Virus record (IMG/VR): IMGVR_UViG_3300042314_001189
Coordinates: 32,001-96,000 of that record
Source of the DNA: a virus
Length of the DNA stretch: 64,000 nucleotides
Strand: one strand, 5' to 3'
The notes beneath the pieces were generated by a model that saw only the letters and a list, made by a program, of their open reading frames with translations, searched no databases and was not told the DNA's origin. Positions 50,414-57,914 of this stretch are shown one piece after another (within the stretch, counting starts at the first letter, position 1; the number at the start of each line of letters is the position of its first letter). The position numbers and the translations under genes were made by a program.

Positions 50414-50738
50414 ATTTTCTAGATTTTATTTCTTCTAAGATTCTAATTCTTAAATTAAATTCAGCATTGATATTCGATTCAAATCTTTTAGCCAACGTTG
50501 AGTAAATAACCAACCAATATACAAAATGACCTATTACTGATACAGTAAAAACGGTTAAGTCAAAACCAACAAAAAACATAGGTACAACAACAAAAATTGC
50601 TAATGAGACAATAAAGTCAAAAGTTTTTGTGGTAAAAGCTCTAAAAAACTTATGGATAAAAATTGCAATGTTTACTCTGGTTTTAGATTTGTTTTCATAA
50701 ACACTAAGTTCTTCTTTAAATTTTTGGTAATTTTCCAT
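50412..50738 (-). CDS. Small membrane protein (two hydrophobic helices)
   Basis: FIVSLAIFVVVPMFFVGFDLTVFTVSVIGHFVYWLVIY; own promoters and terminator. Confidence 0.75.
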   Translation of the reverse strand: MENYQKFKEELSVYENKSKTRVNIAIFIHKFFRAFTTKTFDFIVSLAIFVVVPMFFVGFDLTVFTVSVIGHFVYWLVIYSTLAKRFESNINAEFNLRIRILEEIKSRK

Positions 50739-50756
50739 TTTATTTGATTTTATTTA

Positions 50757-50862
50757 ACAAAGGTAATAATAATTTTTTAATTATGCAAATTTTTTGTAAT
50801 TTATTTTAATCTATTTGATAACAATACAAAGGTAATAATAATTTTTAAAATATCCAAATTTT
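50757..50862 (-). promoter_or_regulatory. Duplicated Bacteroidota-type promoters on the minus strand
   Basis: ACAAAGGTAATAATAATTTTT at 50757 and 50826 (reverse complement contains TACCTTTG), each followed by CAAA (reverse TTTG). Confidence 0.7.
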
Positions 50863-50908
50863 TAACTTACTATTTAAAACATAGACATATTTATAAATAA
50901 AAACAGTT

Positions 50909-51523
50909 ATGAGTTTAAAAAAGTTACAAGAAAAGATTGGCGCAACGCCAGATGGTTCATTCGGACCAAACACGCTAAAAAAAGCGATGGAATTTTATAA
51001 AATGACACCAGAAAGAGCTGCACATTTCTTTGCTCAAACAGCGCACGAAACTGGTGAATTTAAAGCGTTCTCAGAAAACTTAAATTATTCAGCACAAGGA
51101 TTGCAAAATACTTTTGGAAAGTATTTTCCTGGTAATTTAGAAGAGTCTTATGCTAGACAACCAGAAAAGATAGCATCTAGAGTTTATGCTGATAGAATGG
51201 GTAATGGTAATGAGGCATCTAAAGAAGGTTGGTTATTCCGTGGAAGAGGTGCATTACAATTAACTGGGAAATCAAATTATAAAGCATTTTCTGATTATTT
51301 AAAAAAACCAGAAGTTATGACAAATCCAGATTTGGTTGCTAACGATTTAGCGTTTGAATCAGCAATATTCTTTTTTGATAAAAATAAACTTTGGGATATA
51401 TGCGATAAAGGTGTTAACGATGCTTCAATATTATCATTAACGAAAAGAATTAATGGTGGTACTAATGGTTTAGACCATAGAGCAGCATTAACTAAGAAAT
51501 ATTATGAATGGTTAAAAAAATAA
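50909..51523 (+). CDS. Glycoside hydrolase family 19 endolysin with short peptidoglycan-binding N-terminus
   Basis: LQ..IG..PDGSFGPNT; FFAQTAHETG, ENLNYS, FRGRGALQLTGKSNY, INGGTNGL..R; TATTTATA at 50888. Confidence 0.9.
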   Translation: MSLKKLQEKIGATPDGSFGPNTLKKAMEFYKMTPERAAHFFAQTAHETGEFKAFSENLNYSAQGLQNTFGKYFPGNLEESYARQPEKIASRVYADRMGNGNEASKEGWLFRGRGALQLTGKSNYKAFSDYLKKPEVMTNPDLVANDLAFESAIFFFDKNKLWDICDKGVNDASILSLTKRINGGTNGLDHRAALTKKYYEWLKK

Positions 51524-51526
51524 TTT

Positions 51527-52135
51527 ATGTGTTATACTAGAGAACAAATTGAGACGGCTGTTAAAGCCAAAGGATACAAATGGTTTGACGATGCTTCAAA
51601 CAAAGGTTATGATGTAAACATTGTTGGTGTTAGAAATAACGCACCAAACGTGGCTAAAAAAGTTACAAATGTATTTGATGACCACTTAACAATTTCATTT
51701 AAAGATGCGAGTGGAAATTGGCAATTTTATTGCTGGATGGCAACATGTGACCCAGGTAAAAAAGGTGTACAACAATTCCATAATAAAAAAGGTGTTGCTA
51801 GATTAGTACCAGCACAATACAGAGGTGTATGGAAAATAGATTTACATCAAGGAAAATATGAAGCTCTTTGTCAAAGAAACGGTAATGTTACTGTTTGGAG
51901 AGATGCTAATAAAGATTTAGTGTTTGAAGAAACAACAAAAGATACTGGTATGTTTGGTATAAACATTCACAAAGCTGGTCAAGATTCTACTTGGGTGGAA
52001 AATTGGAGCGAAGGTTGTCAAGTATTTAAAAGAGTGAAAGATTTTGATGAATTTATGAAAATTTGTAAATCAGCCTCAAAAATACACGGTAACAATTTTA
52101 GTTACACACTATTAGAAAGTACAGATATAGTTTAA
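51527..52135 (+). CDS. Putative YkuD/L,D-transpeptidase-like cell-wall enzyme
   Basis: GINIHKAG..NWSEGCQVF matches the H..SxGC catalytic pattern; adjacent to the endolysin. Confidence 0.55.
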   Translation: MCYTREQIETAVKAKGYKWFDDASNKGYDVNIVGVRNNAPNVAKKVTNVFDDHLTISFKDASGNWQFYCWMATCDPGKKGVQQFHNKKGVARLVPAQYRGVWKIDLHQGKYEALCQRNGNVTVWRDANKDLVFEETTKDTGMFGINIHKAGQDSTWVENWSEGCQVFKRVKDFDEFMKICKSASKIHGNNFSYTLLESTDIV

Positions 52136-52137
52136 TC

Positions 52138-52350
52138 GTGGAAAACTCTAGAAGATGGGTTTTAACTGTTTTAGTCATGGTTACTTTTTGTTTAGTAACT
52201 TTGGGTATACTTGGTTCAATTCATTCAAATTCAACAGTAGATGGCGAATGGAAAGAGATTTTGTTACTTTTATTAGGAGCCTTTATTGGTTCTTATGGTA
52301 AAATTGTTGACTATTGGTTTGGAAAAGATAATGACAAAACCAAAGAATAG
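52138..52350 (+). CDS. Putative holin
   Basis: 70 aa, two hydrophobic helices, charged C-terminus, third gene of the lysis cassette. Confidence 0.55.
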   Translation: MENSRRWVLTVLVMVTFCLVTLGILGSIHSNSTVDGEWKEILLLLLGAFIGSYGKIVDYWFGKDNDKTKE

Positions 52351-52418
52351 CATCAATAATAGTAACATAACATTTATTTTTTTGGTATATTAACTATATT
52401 AATAAAAATAAATAAAGA

Positions 52419-52892
52419 ATGAATAACAAATACGATAAACTTAGCTTCTTGGCATATATCCACAACCCTATAAGTAGGGAAAGCATGAACGTATTGTACG
52501 CTTCAAACAACTTAAAATATGAAAAATGTGAGTTGTATAGCGACTTTGTACAATCATTGCTGATGCTAACCTTTGACACGTATATGGGTGACGACATAAT
52601 GGCCGTTGACGACCAAATAAAACATTTTAATTGGTGCTGGAACAAAGTTGTTGAAAATTTTAAGCTAGAAGGTGTTTTTCTCAACAGTGTTAAGTTATAT
52701 GATTATTTTCTAGAATTTATGCTTGAAGTTTTTTACTCATATGATAACAAAAAAAGATTTGATTATACTGACAAAGGGTTGTTAAAAATATGGTACGATA
52801 TTTTTGATTATGATAAAATCAAAACCCAAGCGGATATGGATACACTTATTGAGATTTACGGTATTTTTGATAAATCCTTGAAATTTCAATAA
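52419..52892 (+). CDS. Hypothetical protein (157 aa)
   Basis: ORF with A-rich leader. Confidence 0.7.
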   Translation: MNNKYDKLSFLAYIHNPISRESMNVLYASNNLKYEKCELYSDFVQSLLMLTFDTYMGDDIMAVDDQIKHFNWCWNKVVENFKLEGVFLNSVKLYDYFLEFMLEVFYSYDNKKRFDYTDKGLLKIWYDIFDYDKIKTQADMDTLIEIYGIFDKSLKFQ

Positions 52893-52943
52893 AAAAATAG
52901 GTTTTACTATTTATTTTTGATAATAAATGATTAGTTTTATATT

Positions 52944-53168
52944 ATGAATACTGAAAGATTATTTAATGTTGTAATGATGGAACTTACAACCGACAAGATG
53001 AAATTAGAGGATGAATTAGAAATGGCTATCAATTCAAAAGATAGTATTGACCAAAAATCCGCTAAAATACAACAGATTTTGGCTAGGTTGTCAAACCTAG
53101 AAAATAGTATTGCTAAATTTAGCAATCTTATAAATAACAATAACAATAACAATCAAAAAGAAGACTAA
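52944..53168 (+). CDS. Small coiled-coil protein
   Basis: Heptad pattern; tightly packed with the next gene. Confidence 0.65.
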   Translation: MNTERLFNVVMMELTTDKMKLEDELEMAINSKDSIDQKSAKIQQILARLSNLENSIAKFSNLINNNNNNNQKED

Positions 53169-53169
53169 A

Positions 53170-53355
53170 ATGGAAAAATTTGAAGAATTAAAAGCGTTAA
53201 TCGTTTCTCTAGAAGAAGATGCGACTAAATTTTACGAAAAAAGTAATAAAGCTGCTGGTGTAAGACTTAGAAAAGGTTTACAAGAAATCAGAACTTTATC
53301 ACAAACTTTGAGACAAGACGTTTCTGCAAAAAATAAAGAAGCTAAAACTGCTTAA
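53170..53355 (+). CDS. Histone H1-like nucleoid protein (Hc1 family, Bacteroidota type)
   Basis: DATKFYEKSNKAAGVRLRKGLQEIR..Q.LR motif. Confidence 0.8.
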   Translation: MEKFEELKALIVSLEEDATKFYEKSNKAAGVRLRKGLQEIRTLSQTLRQDVSAKNKEAKTA

Positions 53356-53365
53356 AAAATAAATT

Positions 53366-53578
53366 ATGCTAGTAGATATACTTAACAAAATATTGCTAAT
53401 ACTATTCTTTATGTCGAGTCTTAACGTGTTAAGGCATGTGTATTATTTCATACAAGCTGTGCTTACTTCAACAGAAGAAGAGCCCAAAAAATATAGGATT
53501 CCAAACGTTTCGTTGTATTTATTAGGTGTATCTATTGCATATATTTTATCAGCTATTATTACTGGTATAACACTTTAA
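53366..53578 (+). CDS. Small two-helix membrane protein
   Basis: Two hydrophobic segments. Confidence 0.65.
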   Translation: MLVDILNKILLILFFMSSLNVLRHVYYFIQAVLTSTEEEPKKYRIPNVSLYLLGVSIAYILSAIITGITL

Positions 53579-53587
53579 AAATATACT

Positions 53588-54274
53588 ATGTCAAACATAC
53601 AAAAAACACTTGATTCTTTACAACCATATGTCATTGGTATACGTTATGTTGAAGGTACACCAGTTGTTGATACTGTGTTCAAAGAAGGGTGGACACTTCA
53701 TGATGACCCTAGAATTGAGAAAGCTAAAGGTAGTGAAGAAATGAATTACTATATGCTATTTTCAAAGCTAGAAGGTATAGGTTTGGATGAATTATTGGCT
53801 TATGTTGATAAAACAATCAAACTAAATGTTGAACGTGAAAAAAAACATGACTTGTTAAAACAAAAGGTTAACGAACTTAAAGAAGTATTCAAGAAAAACA
53901 GTTTGGAAAAACTCAAAAGACTTAAATTCACATTTACGGAAGAAGACTTGGTACCAAAATTAAATGATTTTGATGTTGATATAGACATTGATGATGATTT
54001 AATGGAAGAACCTAAAATAGAGATACCTAAAGTAGAGGTAACTAAAAACGAATACGAAGAAGTATCGGTGGATGAATATGAAGAAGAACCCAAAAGCTTA
54101 ACACAAACAGCTAGTTACTTGGACGAAAACGGAAACCCAATAGAGATGACTGAAGAAGAACTGGAAATGATGGAAGAAGAAGCCAGAGCCAAGAAAAATA
54201 TGGAGTATTTAAAATCAAAGAAACAAACTCAAAATTTTAAAACTTCCAGTAAAGTAGAGTTACCACCTAGGTAA
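53588..54274 (+). CDS. Hypothetical protein with acidic C-terminal half
   Basis: 228-aa ORF followed by a terminator. Confidence 0.7.
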   Translation: MSNIQKTLDSLQPYVIGIRYVEGTPVVDTVFKEGWTLHDDPRIEKAKGSEEMNYYMLFSKLEGIGLDELLAYVDKTIKLNVEREKKHDLLKQKVNELKEVFKKNSLEKLKRLKFTFTEEDLVPKLNDFDVDIDIDDDLMEEPKIEIPKVEVTKNEYEEVSVDEYEEEPKSLTQTASYLDENGNPIEMTEEELEMMEEEARAKKNMEYLKSKKQTQNFKTSSKVELPPR

Positions 54275-54301
54275 TACTAAACCGATTGTGATTACGGATT
54301 A

Positions 54302-54339
54302 AAACAAAAAAAAACCCCATAATTGGGGTTTTTTTGTTT
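54302..54339. terminator. Bidirectional terminator
   Basis: AAACAAAAAAAAACCCCA-TAAT-TGGGGTTTTTTTGTTT between convergent genes. Confidence 0.85.
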
Positions 54340-54374
54340 GTTAAAATACTGGTTAGATATGCACCATATAAGAC

Positions 54375-54719
54375 CTAAGCCTCTTTGTTAAAAGCTCTTT
54401 CAAGTGCTTCTTGTAGTGTATGGGTTAGCCAAACACCAGCAGCTGATAACAAACCATTAAAGAAAACAATTAAGTACATGTTTTTAACACCTAAGCTACC
54501 GATAGGGGTCAATTCGCCATAACCGAAATAAATCATAATAGCTGATACTGCAAACCCCATCCATGTACCTAAACACATAAAACAAGTAAATAACTTATGA
54601 AGACTGTAACCACCAGTCCCCATTTTAGAAAGAAGGTTTCTAAAACCTTCAAATACGGAACCGTAAATCATGTTGTTACATGCTCCGTAGCAAATAAGAA
54701 TAAAAATTAGTGTAATCAT
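54375..54719 (-). CDS. Membrane protein with CxxC..W motif (DUF1360-like)
   Basis: LFTCFMCLGTWMG, three hydrophobic helices; ATG 54719 preferred. Confidence 0.6.
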   Translation of the reverse strand: MITLIFILICYGACNNMIYGSVFEGFRNLLSKMGTGGYSLHKLFTCFMCLGTWMGFAVSAIMIYFGYGELTPIGSLGVKNMYLIVFFNGLLSAAGVWLTHTLQEALERAFNKEA

Positions 54720-54784
54720 CGTTTTTATTTCAAATATAATGATTATACTCGATATAGTCAATATTTATAAACAAATACTTTATA

Positions 54785-55339
54785 ATGAAAAGTTTGATAA
54801 AAAATTTACTTAGAGAAAATATAAATGATTTTACAATAACATGTGAAAATTGTGGTTGGCATTGGAAAGCATCTGAATCGGATAAATCTGACTTATATGT
54901 TTGCCATGAATGCGGTCACGACAACGAACCAGCGTATGACGATGAAAGACTCAACGAGTCTGAAGAAGAACAAAAAGTTGCTGGTGTGTTAATCAAGTGT
55001 TTAAAAACAAATCGTGTTTTATTGTTGTTGAGAAATGATAAACAACCCAAATGGGCCCTTATGTCTGGTGGTATGGAAGAGGGTGAACACCCAGTTGAAA
55101 CATTAAAAAGAGAAATAGGTGAAGAATTGAGTATTGATGCGTCAATCATTCAATTTGAATACGATAGGGTGGAACACATACCAGAAAAAAATAGAAATTT
55201 TTATTACTATAAAGGATTTACAATGTCAGAATTTAAGCCTATATTGGACCATGAAAACTTAAAATACGGTTGGTTTTCAAAGGATAAATTACCAACACCT
55301 TTATATAAAGGTTTGGCCGAAAAAATATCTAGAATATGA
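54785..55339 (+). CDS. Nudix hydrolase with N-terminal LLRE leader and zinc ribbon
   Basis: Nudix box GGMEEGEHPVETLKREIGEEL; CENC..CHEC; TATTTATA at 54762. Confidence 0.85.
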   Translation: MKSLIKNLLRENINDFTITCENCGWHWKASESDKSDLYVCHECGHDNEPAYDDERLNESEEEQKVAGVLIKCLKTNRVLLLLRNDKQPKWALMSGGMEEGEHPVETLKREIGEELSIDASIIQFEYDRVEHIPEKNRNFYYYKGFTMSEFKPILDHENLKYGWFSKDKLPTPLYKGLAEKISRI

Positions 55340-55554
55340 ATGAAAAAATGGTAAATAGAGAGATTAAACAAGCTGAAAATGAAATCTTGCTAGAGAAATA
55401 CAAAACAGCTTTGAAGAAAACTCAACTAATCAACGAACTTAAATCTGGTTTGGGTAACGAAATAAAGAAAAACCCAGGGAAAGCCAAGATAATAAAAAAA
55501 CCATGGTATAAAAAAATCCTAGCTGGATTAAAAAAAATATTTACAAAGTTTTAA
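55336..55554 (+). CDS. Hypothetical basic protein (72 aa)
   Basis: ATGA overlap; amphipathic C-terminus. Confidence 0.6.
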   Translation: MNEKMVNREIKQAENEILLEKYKTALKKTQLINELKSGLGNEIKKNPGKAKIIKKPWYKKILAGLKKIFTKF

Positions 55555-55555
55555 T

Positions 55556-55786
55556 ATGAACTACGATGATTTAATAAACACTATTTCCGAAATAGTAAAT
55601 AACGAAAAGATACACAAAAATGGGTTGTTCCTAACTTATGAATTAAACGATGTTATTCATAAAAGAATGAATGAGCAACTATTCTACAAATCAAACCCAC
55701 CAACAGCCCAATGTGTTTATACAGATGAATTTGAGGTTGAACTTGGTGGACTTTTAGTTAAGTTTACTAAAAAATTACCAGAATAA
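55556..55786 (+). CDS. Hypothetical protein (76 aa)
   Basis: Tightly packed ORF. Confidence 0.65.
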   Translation: MNYDDLINTISEIVNNEKIHKNGLFLTYELNDVIHKRMNEQLFYKSNPPTAQCVYTDEFEVELGGLLVKFTKKLPE

Positions 55787-55787
55787 T

Positions 55788-55818
55788 TTGGAAAACAAAT
55801 AAATTCTTTGTACCTTTG
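55788..55818 (+). promoter_or_regulatory. Bacteroidota-type promoter
   Basis: TTG(55788)-N20-TACCTTTG(55811). Confidence 0.7.
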
Positions 55819-55832
55819 CCAAAAATAAAATT

Positions 55833-56444
55833 ATGGCTAAAGAAAAAAAGATATTAGAAGACTACGGTGACTATCAATTTGTCGCTGGGTTAGATGAGGT
55901 TGGAAGAGGTTGTGGCTCTGGCCCAGTAGTAACAGCAGCTGTTATAATGCCAAAAGGTTTTAAATCCCCTTTAATCAGAGATTCAAAAAAATTATCACCC
56001 ACTCAAAGAGCTGAAGCATACAAACTAATCATGGAAAATGCTATTAGCGTGTCATGTAACGCTGGGTCTGTTGACGATATAAATGAAATGGGAATAGACA
56101 AAGCAACATTTAAAACGATGTATAAATGTTTATCTGAATTAAACACAAAACCAGAACACATTTTGGTTGACGGAATATCATGGGAGACTTATACCGATGA
56201 AATAAATTACGACAAGCTTATAAGTATGGTACCTAAAGGTGATGATACCTATACATGTATAGCAGCTGCTGCAATCGTTGCCAAAGTAAGACGTGACGAA
56301 TACATGTGTAAATTACACTTAAAATATCCAAAATACAATTGGTGTTCAAACAAAGGATATTTAACACCAGACCATATCGCTGCTTTGAAAGAACATGGTG
56401 CGAATAAATACCATAGAAAATTATACGTAAGAAATTTTGTATAA
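55833..56444 (+). CDS. rnhB: Ribonuclease HII
   Basis: AGLDEVGRG..GPVV, DSKKL, LVDG, KGD...IAAAAIVAKV.RD, NKGY.T..H. Confidence 0.93.
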   Translation: MAKEKKILEDYGDYQFVAGLDEVGRGCGSGPVVTAAVIMPKGFKSPLIRDSKKLSPTQRAEAYKLIMENAISVSCNAGSVDDINEMGIDKATFKTMYKCLSELNTKPEHILVDGISWETYTDEINYDKLISMVPKGDDTYTCIAAAAIVAKVRRDEYMCKLHLKYPKYNWCSNKGYLTPDHIAALKEHGANKYHRKLYVRNFV

Positions 56445-56460
56445 CAAATTATTTTAACAT

Positions 56461-56661
56461 ATGAAAAATATAAAAAACAAAGAAGAATACGATAGAATTT
56501 CTGAATTAAGAAATAGTGTATATAATTCGGAAGATATGATAGATGGTGAATATACTATTGGTATGTATGGTGATAAATACGAAGAAATTGATAAATTACA
56601 TACTAAGGTATTAGAAATTCTAAGGGAGTATGATAAACTACTTAAAAACACTCTAAAATAA
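56461..56661 (+). CDS. Hypothetical protein (66 aa)
   Basis: ORF on the coding strand. Confidence 0.55.
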   Translation: MKNIKNKEEYDRISELRNSVYNSEDMIDGEYTIGMYGDKYEEIDKLHTKVLEILREYDKLLKNTLK

Positions 56662-56700
56662 TTTTTTCTGTGTATAACAAATGATAAAAAAATATAGAAT

Positions 56701-56994
56701 ATGATTAAAAAGAACGAAAGATTTTCTTTTAAGGAAATGGAACACATTGCTGTTGAATTTGCAATAAGTTGTGTGAAAGGGTATAAGGGTAGTTTTGAAG
56801 ATTATATGTTAACGGTGCGTAAAGATTGGAGAGTTATTCTAAAGACAGTATCCAAGCAAGAAACTAATATTAAAGATTATCATAGAATGATTACAACACC
56901 TTACTTTTTATGTAGGGATTTAAAAATATCAAAAAGTAATATCAGAGATAGTGATTGCAATTGTGGGCAACCTAGTTGTAGTTTATGTGGTTAA
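56701..56994 (+). CDS. Hypothetical protein with Cys-rich C-terminus
   Basis: Ends CNCGQPSCSLCG. Confidence 0.55.
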   Translation: MIKKNERFSFKEMEHIAVEFAISCVKGYKGSFEDYMLTVRKDWRVILKTVSKQETNIKDYHRMITTPYFLCRDLKISKSNIRDSDCNCGQPSCSLCG

Positions 56995-57013
56995 ATAATT
57001 CAAAACAAAGTAA

Positions 57014-57235
57014 ATGGGAAGAAACACAGCGTGGGGTAATAAAGCTTATAAAGAAGTAAGACAAAATGGTGGTTCAAAAGATGAAGCTAGAGAAGCTTCC
57101 AACAGAGCAACCGAATTATATCACCAACAAACAAGAGAAAGACAATTTGGCAAATGTGGTTCTTACGACAATGATGTTAGCGACTTTAACAATAGTTTAA
57201 ATGATGGTTCTTGGCATACATCAGACGATTTATAA
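57014..57235 (+). CDS. Hypothetical protein (73 aa)
   Basis: ORF with A-rich leader. Confidence 0.6.
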   Translation: MGRNTAWGNKAYKEVRQNGGSKDEAREASNRATELYHQQTRERQFGKCGSYDNDVSDFNNSLNDGSWHTSDDL

Positions 57236-57263
57236 AAAAAATTAAATTTTTTTCGTTTTAAAT

Positions 57264-57294
57264 TTGGAAGTTTAAAAAATTATTCTTACCTTTG
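57264..57294 (+). promoter_or_regulatory. Bacteroidota-type promoter
   Basis: TTG(57264)-N20-TACCTTTG(57287). Confidence 0.7.
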
Positions 57295-57312
57295 TATTGT
57301 TAAATTAAAGAT

Positions 57313-57810
57313 ATGAAAAAAATACTAATGATTATCGGTCTTGCTGTTTTAATAGTGTCATGTGAAAAAGAACCGATTACACCTGGGAATTATGGTGCTG
57401 GAACACCAACACCACCAGATACAACAACATGGCAATGGCAATACGGAAATGGCGGTACATTACCTAACTGGGGAAGCGGTACTCAAACAAACGAATTGGT
57501 TGGAACCGTTTGGGTTTTAACAAAAGTTGTAAATGGTTTTGCCACATCTTATCCAAACGATACGATTAAGTTTGTTAACAATACAAATTACACATTAAAT
57601 AATGGTGCTGTTAGACCATACCAATTAACGGCTGGGGTTGCATCAACAAACAAAACTTTAAGCTTATATTATTTTGCACCTTTTGGTGGTAGTCATTATA
57701 GTGGGGAAGTTGGACCGTATTTTGTTACTGATGGCGTGATTAATAGTTGCGAATTTACAAATATACAAAATACGACAAGCACTGTAAAAGCTTGGTTTAC
57801 AAAGATTTAA
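57313..57810 (+). CDS. Lipoprotein (signal peptidase II), lipocalin-like beta domain
   Basis: MKKILMIIGLAVLIVS-CEKE lipobox; LVGTVWVLTK. Confidence 0.75.
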   Translation: MKKILMIIGLAVLIVSCEKEPITPGNYGAGTPTPPDTTTWQWQYGNGGTLPNWGSGTQTNELVGTVWVLTKVVNGFATSYPNDTIKFVNNTNYTLNNGAVRPYQLTAGVASTNKTLSLYYFAPFGGSHYSGEVGPYFVTDGVINSCEFTNIQNTTSTVKAWFTKI

Positions 57811-57851
57811 AAATTATTTTAAAAAATAAAACAAAAAAGTTTAAAAAAAAG

Positions 57852-57882
57852 TTGACACGGGCGAAAAAAGTTCGTAACTTTG
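57852..57882 (+). promoter_or_regulatory. Bacteroidota-type promoter for the DUF2828-type gene
   Basis: TTG(57852)-N20-TAACTTTG(57875). Confidence 0.75.
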
Positions 57883-57914
57883 CATCACTTAATTATTAAT
57901 ATAAAAAAATTACT

